Origin: Armatimonadota bacterium | GTDB lineage: Bacteria > Armatimonadota > UBA5829 > DTLH01 | Length of the DNA stretch: 64,000 nt | NCBI GenBank assembly: GCA_039679675.1 | Contig: JBDKUN010000042.1 | Span: forward strand, 14,745-78,744 | Direction of reading: 5' to 3' | Shown: one piece after another, positions 1 to 10,200 of the stretch | How the letters are laid out: every line of letters begins with the position of its first letter | How positions within the stretch are numbered: position 1 is the first letter of the stretch | The notes under the pieces: generated by a model | What the model saw: only the letters and a program-made list of their open reading frames with translations | Told to the model about the DNA's origin: nothing | The model's database searches: none | Translations under genes and position numbers: made by a program

Positions 1-192
1 ACAATTGACGGCTTTTGCAAGAAGTCTCGCCACCGTAGTCTTTCCAGTGCCCCTGGAACCGCAGAAAAGATACGCGTGACCGATTCTTCCAGAGCTTATA
101 GCGTTCTGCAAAGTCCGGGTCACATGGTCCTGTCCCACAACGTCGTCAAAAGTCTGGGACCTGTATTTGCGGTAAAGTGATACGTAGGACAT
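1..192 (-). CDS. dnaX: DNA polymerase III subunit gamma/tau, N-terminal part (runs off window)
   Basis: Manual translation [24 protein letters not shown]...[26 protein letters not shown] shows the DnaX N-terminus and Walker A; lies downstream of SRP RNA as in Bacillus. Confidence 0.96.
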   Translation of the reverse strand, partial: MSYVSLYRKYRSQTFDDVVGQDHVTRTLQNAISSGRIGHAYLFCGSRGTGKTTVARLLAKAVNC

Positions 193-215
193 GGTAATGT
201 GTTGGTTCAGGTTAA

Positions 216-510
216 TCCCCATCAGGTGACCGTGCACCTGCCGTCGATACGCCCGTCCAAGTGTTACCTCATGAAAGGAAGCTCCAGCCAGGACACCTGG
301 CGGCACATGGGCGAACCTGTTTACCGCTGCTTCCTTCCGGACCTGACGGGTTTTGCAGGACGGCCATTGCGCCGGGCCCGACTATCAACGCCCCTAAGCA
401 TAAGTGCTCCTCGAACGAACGAACCTCTAGCAGGAATTCGACCCCGCTATAGCGGATTGCGGGTGCAGGGCACCGCTGGCTCCCCGTCTAGCACGATCAC
501 CTGATGAGGA
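216..510 (-). ncRNA. ffs: Signal recognition particle RNA, large (Alu-domain) type
   Basis: Minus strand has the conserved helix-8 GTCAGGTCCGGAAGGAAGCAGC, 5' Alu-like CGTGCTAGACGGGGAG, and a long terminal helix (TCCTCATCAGGTGATCGTGC / GCACGGTCACCTGATGGGGA); ends approximate. Confidence 0.95.
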
Positions 511-605
511 CTACGGGGAAATACCCCAAAATCTTCAGCCCTGTAATTATACTACATCCCACACCGCTTTCCTAGTAGAAAACGCAATAAATTCCGCCTT
601 ATGAC

Positions 606-2102
606 TTACGGCTCTTTGCCATCAGAAAACGCTCTTGCAATGACATCCTTTGGCAATTGCTTTGTAAACAAACTGACCACCGGAACGACTATGAATGGAA
701 CCAGCACTGCCAGCGCTCCTGAAGCAGGAATCCAAGGTTGTCCCTTGCATATATAGAAGACGACTACCAGTCCGAGCCCAACACACATACCTGCAACAGC
801 GCCTGCGGATGTAGTTTTACGCCAGAACAGTCCATATACATACGGTGCTGCAAACGACCCGGCAAGAGCACCCCAGGCAAGCGCCATCAGATCAACTATG
901 AACATCGGCCTCTTAAGAGCTATCAACAGAGACGCTGCCACGAATACTCCGCAGAGTACCCGCATAAGTGCCATTATATTGTTCTTTGACGCATTTGGCT
1001 TGATCGCACCTGCATACAGATCCATGACAATTGCTGAGCTGGATACCAGCACAATGGATGACAGGCTCGACATCGAGGCGGAGAACACCAATACAATGAT
1101 TACAATAGATATCGCCGCAGGCGTGTGACGTGCAAGCAGTGTCGGCATCAAGTTATCGATGTTGGTTTTTGCAACGCCCATTATCGCAGGATCTTTCACC
1201 GCAAAGAGGTGAGTCATGGCACCCGAATAATATGCTCCGAATGCCATCAACAACGAAAAGATGGTACAAACTATCATCGTGCTTTTGATATAGGCTTTGC
1301 TTTTTATCGAGTAAAACTTCTGCACCATTTGCGGCAGTCCCCAGGGGCCAAAACTTGTGACTATGACCAATGACCACAAAGTGATCCATCCCGGCGGACA
1401 GCCCGGTTTTGCAGGCATAAACAGACCAGGCGCATTTACGGGCTTTAGCAAATTGTGAGTAGCTTGACCGAATCCGCCTACCTGTGACGCCAGGAAATAT
1501 ACCATTATCAACACGCCGAACAGCTCGATTATGCCGCGTATAAAGTCTGTTATTGTAAGCGCTATATAGCCGCCCATCATCAGATAGACTCCTGTCAGCA
1601 GAGCCATAAACCCCAAAGCATACTGATATGGAATATTGAAATAAGTGCCGACAAGATAGCTTAAGCCGGTGTAGACCGATGCAGAATATGGAACCAGAAA
1701 CACGAATACTATCGTTGCGGAGATAATTCTCAACGACTTATTGTTAAAGCGGACAGCCAAAAAGTCCGGCATCGTCATACAATTGAGACGCGCGGTCATT
1801 GTCCGAGTGCGGGAGCCTAGAATCCGCCAGGCCAACAAGCATCCTACAATGGCATTGCCGACGACGATCCACATTGTGTGTATGCCGAATCCCCATCCCA
1901 GATTACCTGCGTACCCAATGAACAGCACCGCCGAAAAATACGTAGTACCATAGGCAAAAGCCGACATCCACGGTCCAATTGACCTGTTGCCAAGAAAAAA
2001 ATCACCTACACTCTTAGTCCTCTTCATCGACCAATAGCCGATGCCCATCATAACCAGCACATAAAGGACAATTATTACGATCCCTATAGCTGCCAAACTC
2101 AT
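606..2102 (-). CDS. Sodium:solute symporter family protein
   Basis: About 13 TM helices; DFFLGNRSIGPW, FGPWGLPQMVQKFY, SASMSSLSS motifs of the SSS family. Confidence 0.9.
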   Translation of the reverse strand: MSLAAIGIVIIVLYVLVMMGIGYWSMKRTKSVGDFFLGNRSIGPWMSAFAYGTTYFSAVLFIGYAGNLGWGFGIHTMWIVVGNAIVGCLLAWRILGSRTRTMTARLNCMTMPDFLAVRFNNKSLRIISATIVFVFLVPYSASVYTGLSYLVGTYFNIPYQYALGFMALLTGVYLMMGGYIALTITDFIRGIIELFGVLIMVYFLASQVGGFGQATHNLLKPVNAPGLFMPAKPGCPPGWITLWSLVIVTSFGPWGLPQMVQKFYSIKSKAYIKSTMIVCTIFSLLMAFGAYYSGAMTHLFAVKDPAIMGVAKTNIDNLMPTLLARHTPAAISIVIIVLVFSASMSSLSSIVLVSSSAIVMDLYAGAIKPNASKNNIMALMRVLCGVFVAASLLIALKRPMFIVDLMALAWGALAGSFAAPYVYGLFWRKTTSAGAVAGMCVGLGLVVVFYICKGQPWIPASGALAVLVPFIVVPVVSLFTKQLPKDVIARAFSDGKEP

Positions 2103-2174
2103 TATCTCCTTGTTACGCAGTCTTTGAACAAGAAGAATACCACAACTCAGCTATAACGGCAACATTTACATTGA

Positions 2175-2212
2175 TAAAAAACGGCCGGAACTTATAATGG
2201 CTCCGGCCGTTC
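2175..2212 (-). terminator. Rho-independent terminator of the ABC/TPR operon
   Basis: Minus strand AACGGCCGGAG...TTCCGGCCGTT followed by a T run. Confidence 0.75.
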
Positions 2213-2241
2213 GATGTATCTTATTTTCAATGTATCCTATT

Positions 2242-3726
2242 TTATAGAATATCGCTTTTCTTCAGGATAAAGTCCTTCCGAAGGATTCTCACACCAGGAA
2301 TGGTCTTGGTATCTAGACAGTGCTTATCTGTAAGCCCTTCGCCAAGCCAGCCTATGCGGTCCTGGATAAAATCAGGCGCTTCCTGCGGGTTCATCCAGAT
2401 GCTCAAGCGATATTTATCTTTGGTAAACGGATATTTATCGGGATCAAGACTCATATTAATTGTTATGCTGAACTTTCCATCTCTGATCCCGGTATCGTCC
2501 ATCATAACAGTCTGTTTCTTGTCTACTTCCCAGTTGAACGAGTCCAATCCCTTCATATGGAAGTAATCATAGTCCATATCGGACAGCAAGATCCTGAGCC
2601 TTGCACCGCTCTGCCACTTTGCTCTCCTCTCAAGAGGGAACGACTGGTTGGTTTGATACCAATGTGTAAACGGTTCGGACGCCAGACCATTGTACTCCTC
2701 AGCAGGAACAATATTTGCAGTCCCCGAAATGAGCAGCACTCCAGGTTTCAGTTTTTTCCATGTAACATTGAACTTAGCGTCTACCGGCGGCATAGTATCG
2801 ATCTTTGTCTTGCCACTGGCAACCAACTGGGCATAATACTTCTTAGCACCCGCAACTGCGCGAGCTTCGTTCTTGTCCGGTTGCTTGACCGACTCAAATA
2901 CGTCAAGGCCGCGCTTATACGCACTCATATCACCCGTCCGCCAGGCATCCCTGAGAAGCATCAGACCGAGGTTTCGCTTGCAGATATCGATATCCTCTTG
3001 AATGGTGTAGTCATTCTTTTTCTTCCGGGCATTCGCTTCCGCTACACCTAAAGTCTCTCTCCACTTAGCCTCAGCGCGGCCTATATCACCGATGCGCTCG
3101 TAGGCATGTGCAACCATTCTATCGACGAACGCCGGTCTAGGTAGTTTAGCGCCGGTATTAGGATCGCAGGTGTTTCGTTTCGCAGCTTCCTCAAGCCACT
3201 TCGCAGCACCACGATAATCTTTCATTTTTTGCTGGTAATGCATCCAGCCGAGTTCAAAGTAAAGATCATATACGTCCGGATTATTGCTGATTCCTTCTCT
3301 AAGAAGCGCAATAGCCGGAGGAATATACCGTCTGTCCGAGCGCTGCTCCTGATCGACAAAATTATAGTCTAAATGCCACGCTCCGGTGCTGTATACATCC
3401 AACTGATGAGGGTCGAGCCATGTGACAACTCTTACGATCGGCAGAATCGCCTCGTATTCACCAGAATGGAAGAATTCATCGGCGCGGGCCCACAATACAC
3501 TCGCAACTGCTTCCCGCATTCCCATCGCCGCAGCACCCATGAACTGCAGAGACATGTCGAACAGCAGGTTAGTTTTGCGTGTATCCTTGTCCGTAAGTAC
3601 GTCCGTACTACGGAACGGAGCCCCTGGCGCGTATTTAAGCCGGTCCATCGGTATGCTGCACATAGAAGACGCTGCAAGCATCACGACTATCAGTCCCAAA
3701 AGGACAATTCGCGTCTGCCGGGTCAC
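2242..3726 (-). CDS. Membrane-anchored/exported TPR-like protein (PilG/XapA-like partner of ABC transporter)
   Basis: N-terminal hydrophobic segment, helical TPR-like repeats (LYFELGWMHY, AHAYERIGDIGRAE); cotranscribed with ABC genes. Confidence 0.65.
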   Translation of the reverse strand: MTRQTRIVLLGLIVVMLAASSMCSIPMDRLKYAPGAPFRSTDVLTDKDTRKTNLLFDMSLQFMGAAAMGMREAVASVLWARADEFFHSGEYEAILPIVRVVTWLDPHQLDVYSTGAWHLDYNFVDQEQRSDRRYIPPAIALLREGISNNPDVYDLYFELGWMHYQQKMKDYRGAAKWLEEAAKRNTCDPNTGAKLPRPAFVDRMVAHAYERIGDIGRAEAKWRETLGVAEANARKKKNDYTIQEDIDICKRNLGLMLLRDAWRTGDMSAYKRGLDVFESVKQPDKNEARAVAGAKKYYAQLVASGKTKIDTMPPVDAKFNVTWKKLKPGVLLISGTANIVPAEEYNGLASEPFTHWYQTNQSFPLERRAKWQSGARLRILLSDMDYDYFHMKGLDSFNWEVDKKQTVMMDDTGIRDGKFSITINMSLDPDKYPFTKDKYRLSIWMNPQEAPDFIQDRIGWLGEGLTDKHCLDTKTIPGVRILRKDFILKKSDIL

Positions 3727-3729
3727 AAG

Positions 3730-4596
3730 CTACACCTCCTTCCGGTCAAATACAAGCACTGCGGCAATCATCAAGAACGTCACGATGAGAAGTGCCTTCA
3801 GGACACCCATTACGACGTAGACTTCCATACTTCGGGCTTCGGTGTGGGGATGAATTATCTTGTTTTGAATATTGTAGTAATCGAAGTTCGGAATTACTCT
3901 TTCCAGAACCCAGTAAAATGCTTTAACCAGCGGCGAAATATCCTTATTTTTGCTGTCCGCTATCGACTGCCATACTGCGGATGTACTGCCGATGACATAG
4001 ACCGCGGAACTCGCAAAGAAGTTTACCGTAGGTGTAAGAAATACGGAGAAAAAGACTACGACCGCAGACAGAATGAAAAACTGGCAGTATATGAAGAGAA
4101 CTCCGATGAGAAGAGACGGATCAAATATCCGGGGCTTGATCGCGGCTGCCGCCTGGTCGCCCATCGCGAGCATACTGCTGGTCTGCGAGCCTAAGCCCGA
4201 TACACTGCCGCTCAAAGCTGCTTTAACCGTAACCATGATAATGAATACGATCCCCATCAAAGCAATGTTAACGGTCAGCGTAAGGACGCCTCCGATGAAC
4301 TTGCCCAGCACGAATTCGTATCGGTTAACAGGTTTGGAAAGAATAGTGTAGAGTGTGCGGCGTTCCACTTCGGTCGGGATCAGCGAGACGCATAGTATCA
4401 GACTTATAATGAACCCTGCAAGCAGAATGATGAAGAGCCCGAGACTCTTCACGACCGTCATATCCGACTGAAATCCCAACTGAGTGAAGCTTAACGACAG
4501 CACAATCATAGCAACGGCGACGATGAGAAAGACATTCAATATCTTCTTTCTCATAGCTTCGCCGAAAGTGGTTTTAGCGATTGTCCAAATTACCAT
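3730..4596 (-). CDS. ABC-2 type transporter permease (PilI-like)
   Basis: About 6 TM; EVERRTLYTILSKPVNRYEFVLGKF motif typical of ABC2_membrane_2. Confidence 0.88.
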   Translation of the reverse strand: MVIWTIAKTTFGEAMRKKILNVFLIVAVAMIVLSLSFTQLGFQSDMTVVKSLGLFIILLAGFIISLILCVSLIPTEVERRTLYTILSKPVNRYEFVLGKFIGGVLTLTVNIALMGIVFIIMVTVKAALSGSVSGLGSQTSSMLAMGDQAAAAIKPRIFDPSLLIGVLFIYCQFFILSAVVVFFSVFLTPTVNFFASSAVYVIGSTSAVWQSIADSKNKDISPLVKAFYWVLERVIPNFDYYNIQNKIIHPHTEARSMEVYVVMGVLKALLIVTFLMIAAVLVFDRKEV

Positions 4597-5516
4597 TAAT
4601 GCCCTCCCCTGACGGTATCGACGAACAATTTCTCCAGAGTCCGCCGTCGCGGGTTGACCGAAACAAGCGATGCATCTGACTTGAGCAGAAGGTCTATTAC
4701 CGGATTGAGAGATTCCTCGCTCTGAGCGTAAGCAGTGAGCCTGTCCGCATGAAGCTCACACTCATCGACCATTGGTTTGATCTTCTCAACCATCTGGTCA
4801 TCTACCTTGTCGGCAATTATCTCCACCTGTTTTGTGGTGAGCAGTTCCTTCACATCTCCCATCATTGCAAGTTTACCGCCGACCAGGATGGCGACCCTGT
4901 TCGCGATTATCTCGATATCACCAAGTTGATGTGAGCTGACGAAAACGGTCTTTCCCTGCTCTCTGAGATCGAGAATAATATTGCAAATATCGGCATGCGC
5001 TATAGGATCAAGGCCGGATGTAGGCTCATCCAGAAAAACCAGGTCCGGATCATTCAGAAGTGCCTGCGCGATTCCGACCCGCTGCAGCATACCTTTGGAA
5101 TAATGTCTGAGTTGTTTGTCAGCGGCTTCCGCTAGTCCCACGGACTTGAGCAGCTCATCTATGCGATCTTTTTGAATGCTCTTGTCGATCTTGAACAAAT
5201 TCGCGTAGAACACAAGAATCTCACGCACGCTCATGTGCTCGTAAAAATATGGACTTTCCGGCAAGTAACTGATCTTCGCTTTTACTTCAATGTCCCCAGC
5301 AGGCCTGCCGAGAACCTTGACTTTACCGGCGGATGGAAACAGAAGTCCGAGAAGTATCTTTATTGTGGTGGTTTTCCCTGCTCCGTTAGGTCCGAGGAAA
5401 CCGAATATTTCGCCTTCCTTAACTTCAAGGTTCAGATCGTTTACCGCGATGAGTTCACCGCCCATCGGGCTTTTGAACCTTTTTGTCAGACCCTGGATTT
5501 CTATGGCTGCTGCCAA
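4596..5516 (-). CDS. ABC transporter ATP-binding protein (PilH-like)
   Basis: GPNGAGKTT, YSKGMLQR signature, FLDEPTSGLD, SSH. Confidence 0.95.
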   Translation of the reverse strand: MAAAIEIQGLTKRFKSPMGGELIAVNDLNLEVKEGEIFGFLGPNGAGKTTTIKILLGLLFPSAGKVKVLGRPAGDIEVKAKISYLPESPYFYEHMSVREILVFYANLFKIDKSIQKDRIDELLKSVGLAEAADKQLRHYSKGMLQRVGIAQALLNDPDLVFLDEPTSGLDPIAHADICNIILDLREQGKTVFVSSHQLGDIEIIANRVAILVGGKLAMMGDVKELLTTKQVEIIADKVDDQMVEKIKPMVDECELHADRLTAYAQSEESLNPVIDLLLKSDASLVSVNPRRRTLEKLFVDTVRGGH

Positions 5517-5724
5517 ATCCGTAACCTCCAGTGACTAAAAGTATTTCAGATTATGAGACAAACTCGGCTGTATGTCCCACAAAAGTATACCTTTGCCTAT
5601 GTAGTGTGTCAACAAAAGCCAATGTGGGACAAAGAGACCGTATCTATTCTCTAATACGGGGCTTAAGTCCGCCTGGTTCCCGGAATTTTGGCAAATTCAG
5701 CAGTTAATGATGGGTTACCTTCAC

Positions 5725-6588
5725 TTAGCCGTGCCCTCTGCTTCGGCGGGCGGGAGGAACTGTTGGGCGTTCATATGGGACGGGGATATATTCCACGCTT
5801 GGGCGGTGCGCACCAGGCTGAGGATAAAGTTTCATCAGGCTGTAGACTTCGTTCGGCATATCAATCGTAACATGCAGTTTGAGCATCTCAGCTTCTTCTA
5901 TCGTAATAGGATAATCATGCGTCCATCGGCCTTCGGTAAGGATTTTCGCGACTTCATCAGCCTGGGCCGGGGGCATTTTGCCGTCAAGTATCCTCCGCAC
6001 GAGGTACCTTACCTGCTTCTGCGCTTTCACTGCAACATCGGCCAATATCAGCGTCCGATCGTCTATCTCATTTATCGCTTTACGCTCGATCACTGTAAGT
6101 ACCGATGCGGCAGGATACTCCCCCAATTGCGGATCAATGGGCCCCAGGACTGCATTTTTATCCATTACTATCTCATCGGCAGCAAGTGCGACCAGTGTGC
6201 CGCCTGACATTGCATAATGGGGGACGAAAATCGTTACCTTTGCTTTATGGGCCTTGATAGCCAGTGCAATCTGTTCGCTTGCAAGCACAAGGCCGCCGGG
6301 AGTATGCAGCACCAGATCTATCGGCATGTCTGGAGGCGTCAGTCTGATTGCACGGAGAATTTCTTCGCTGTCTTCTATATTTATATAACGAAATAAGGGA
6401 AAACCCAAAAACGCCATCTGCTCCTGACGATGAATCATAACAATCACCCTGGAACGGCGTCTTCGCTCCAAATCATGGATGAGTCTGATGCGCGCATTCA
6501 TCAACGCGCGCTGCCTGAATATAGGTAAAAAGAAAGCTATGATAAAGATTAGCCAGAAAACTTGTCCAATTATGCCCGCATAATCCAT
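5725..6588 (-). CDS. ClpP-class (S49/SDH_sah) serine protease family protein
   Basis: LHTPGGLV, AMSGGT, LGPIDPQ, WTHDYPI motifs; start moved to the ATG behind a GGAGA RBS. Confidence 0.88.
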   Translation of the reverse strand: MDYAGIIGQVFWLIFIIAFFLPIFRQRALMNARIRLIHDLERRRRSRVIVMIHRQEQMAFLGFPLFRYINIEDSEEILRAIRLTPPDMPIDLVLHTPGGLVLASEQIALAIKAHKAKVTIFVPHYAMSGGTLVALAADEIVMDKNAVLGPIDPQLGEYPAASVLTVIERKAINEIDDRTLILADVAVKAQKQVRYLVRRILDGKMPPAQADEVAKILTEGRWTHDYPITIEEAEMLKLHVTIDMPNEVYSLMKLYPQPGAHRPSVEYIPVPYERPTVPPARRSRGHG

Positions 6589-6689
6589 ATCTTTCTCCAC
6601 CGGACAGCGAATGTCTCAACATTATACCCAGAAATAGAGGATAGAAAGGAATGAGGTATGAATGGTGCAAATCTCCACTAATTTCTTTG

Positions 6690-7040
6690 GACTGCGGAAG
6701 CGGCAGCTTCCGCTTTTCTATCGGCATCCGCTATCCGTCATTTTGAAACGCGAATCACGCGGATTTAACGGATTTCGCGAATGGTGGAGACCTAAAGCAT
6801 CTACTTTTAGCTACTACTCTCCACCAATTTGGGAAGCTTTCCTGGATGCTGAATCAAGTTCAGCATGACGTTTTCCCTTTGCTTCGGACCGCTTGCTCTC
6901 GCATCATCTACGATGATGCTGCCGCGACAGCGTTTTCGAAGAAAGCGCGATAGCTGCCGAAGCCGACACTGCAGGTGTCGAGAAATTGACAATGCTTCGC
7001 GCGTCTTTTGCGCTTCTTCGCGCACTTCGCGATTCAGAAT
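6690..7040. repeat. Composite intergenic repeat, copy 1
   Basis: 6719-6804 matches the reverse complement of 56019-56104 (79/86 by hand); 6956-6982 and 7004-7040 match 55937-55962 and 55893-55929; REP-like palindrome at 6839-6872. Confidence 0.85.
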
Positions 7041-7278
7041 CTTTGATACCGCTTCGAAATAAGATACGTGAGACCCCGCATGTTACTGGCTTGGTACCGG
7101 CCATCCATATGGTATATAATCTTTATTAGATGTAATACGGCTGGGCCGAGAACGGAACATTTGGGTCCGCGAGAGAGTCTTATTTATGAATTAACAGCCG
7201 AATTATGTGGTTCCAACGACACACGGTCTGGCGGCAATCGGTTTTTGCCAGTCTGAGACCGATTGAGTGGGTAGGTCT

Positions 7279-10200
7279 ATGGGATACAAGAGTCGCAGCA
7301 TTAAAGTCACCTTAGTTTTAGCATTCATCCTCGTTGCAGGGTCAGTTTTCGCCCAATCCGACTGGAAAACGTACCACTATGACGACGGCAGGCTCGGAGT
7401 CAATGAAGCAGAAGGTGGTCTGTCCGGACAGAGCATCAGTCTTGTCTGGACATTTCCAAGATACGATGTACTGAACACAAAAGAAGCTGATTCCTCATAC
7501 ATCGTCGATATGCCCGAAAAAGCCGGCACTGGAGATCTTCTGCCCAACGAAACAGCATGGCAGAAGCTAAGCGGTATGGGAACGCAAAGCCGTCCGGGAA
7601 ACTACTACGGCAGCGACTTTTATTGGATCAGGGCCACAACTCCAAGCGGTCCCGCGGCAGCGAAAGCTTCCGCAAAGTGGAACTTCTCAAGCACAACTCT
7701 TCCCGAAGGGCTTTACACGGTACAGGTATGGTTCCCTTCATCCGGGGGAGGAAAAGTCAATTCATCCAAAGTAAGCTATACCGTTCATTACAAGGGCGGC
7801 AGCAGCAACTATGTAATAGACCAGAGCACAGGCGGCAGGTGGGTCACACTGGGGTCTGGCGCTCTTTATATGAATTCAAGCAGTTATATCGAGATGTCCA
7901 ACATCACTGATGACGCAGACCAGGATGGTATTGATGTTATCGTCTGCGCGGACGCCGTCCGATTCGTCCCTTCGTCGGGAATGGAAATTTACTCATCTCC
8001 CGCAGCATCGTCCAGTGCGCCGGTCGGAATCACCGGTGAAGACATTCCGGCTGTATGGATCGGCACCATTGAGACACCAATTGCGTCCCTCGCAGAGGGA
8101 ATGGATGATTTTGGAGCAGTTTACTGTGTCCGAAGCTACAAGGGAACTACCGGGATCAACTATTCGGATTTGCTGGACTCTTCGTCATCGGTATGGGATA
8201 CCAATAACGAAGTAAAATACGTCGGAACAGCAGCATGGCGCTATCCACGCGCAGGAGCGTTCGACTCTAACAGCGACGGCACCGCAAAATCGCCGAACAG
8301 CCGGTTTCCCCTTGAAGGCCCAATCGGAGGGTTCCACGGCCTCGGCGGAGTCTATTCTTCACCTACATTGGTCGGCAGCGGCTCCTCCAGATATATTGTT
8401 TTCGGCGGCATGGACGGACAGGTTTACTGCCTCAATGCTAACACAGGCGACCTTGTGTGGAAGGGGCCTGGCGTTACGATTTCCGAGCCTTCATGCCCGA
8501 CTACCTGGACACTCGTCAACGGCAGATATGATGCATTCGGAGGGTCATTTCTGGCAGGGCCCACTGTAAAAGATTCAGCCAGTGAGGTAAAAATAGCATG
8601 GGATATTACCTCCACATCTTCTGATCCCGGTGTCGATTCCTTAAAAACTGACGGTACAGGACACAAGTATGCTATCTACGCATGGATACCGGCAAGGAAC
8701 ACGACAACAGAGACAGTTAACCGCTCCAAGGACGCTGCTTACTGCATCACCTACTGGGATCCGGTCAATTCAAAGGAACGGACCGAGTGGGCACGCGTAG
8801 ACCAGCGCGACCCAAGCGAAAATGTCGGCAGCATCAGCGAATATAACTGCGGAACCTGGGTCAAGATAGGAAACGATTACTGGAACCCGCGAAAAATCGA
8901 GCTTTCAAATGTATCTCAGACAGGAGACACCGACCGGGCGGTAATAGCCGACGCAATTATGGTAGTCCCTGCCGAGATTGGAGCTTTCAGCTACTCGACA
9001 GCAATATCAGACGGCTCTAATGTCTATATCGGCAATACAAACGGCCGTGTATATGCGTTCGCGTTGAAGTCCAACTATTCGGCGTCATCGAAAGCAGCAA
9101 CGCTTTCGTGGACTTTCCCCAAAGTCCAGACGAAAAGCCCGATCACTGAAGTCGATGACTCACTCGCAAGCCCGTTCGGCTCGCTGGTTTCCTCCCCTGC
9201 CCTGACTTCAGGAAATCTGATGGTCTCGTCTATGGACGGCAGTGTCTATGATATTACCAACCTTACCGGCGGTGAGAAAGGCGTCAAACTGGCTTGGAAG
9301 TTCAAAGCAACATCCGTAGGCGGCACGTCCGAGGCCTTCAGCTCATCTCCTGCAATTTACGGAGACAAGGTATACACCGCATCGGTAGGCGGGCGGCTTT
9401 ACGCCATCAATATCAATGACGGAACATGCGCATGGTCCTGTCCAAACGCATCGGCGTCCGAAGCTCCGCTTTCAGCGTTCAGGTTTTCCACTCCGGCAGC
9501 CTACGACGCAGGGATATTCTGCGGTTCTACCGGTGGAAAGGTCTACGGGTTCACGAACACAGGCGGCTACATCGCTGATACAACGTTTACCCCGCCTAAT
9601 ATGTATGCTCCTATTCAGGGGTCCGTCGCAATCGATGACAAGAACATGTATATAGGGACCGTCGGAACAGGCGACGGCGATGACGGCGGAATCTGGTGGG
9701 TGAACCGTGACAACGGACAAACAGCTGATATTACCGGCACATGGACTTATTCCGGTTACAGCGATCTTGGTATGGTCTTCTCTTCGCCTGCCGTAGCCAA
9801 CGACTATTTATATGTCGGGACAGGCAAGGGCCGGTTGTGCGCGTTCTCGTCATTGGCATTCGGAGGCGCATGGGTCGGCGGCGGAAAAGGTATGGCGGGC
9901 CAGCCGCCGTTCCATCGTCAGTCTGCACCGAACCCGGCAAAAACTTCGCAGGTAGATATATACAACCCGACTGTTTACAAAGAGACACTTGATGCGTTTC
10001 AGTCGCTGGTTGCTGCCGGTACATCGACCAATTCGGACGTAATAGGCACGCTTCTTGCGGGCGCTTCCAGCAACGACACCAAGCTGTTTGTCGACAGCGC
10101 GTTTGACGGGTCCGAAGCCCAAAACATCGACGGCCATAAGAGAGCATTTCCTTACGGAGCATCGGGTTCACTCGGAACCGGCGACAGACAGGTATATCTT

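Noticed and set aside
199..504. ORFs 199-504 and 261-452 on the plus strand
   Set aside because: Antisense to the SRP RNA; no protein features
6719..6804. Periodic repeats as a possible CRISPR array
   Set aside because: No constant repeat with unique spacers and no cas genes
6662..7256. Short ORFs in the 6.6-7.25 kb gap
   Set aside because: They run through repeat modules; no RBS or recognisable domains
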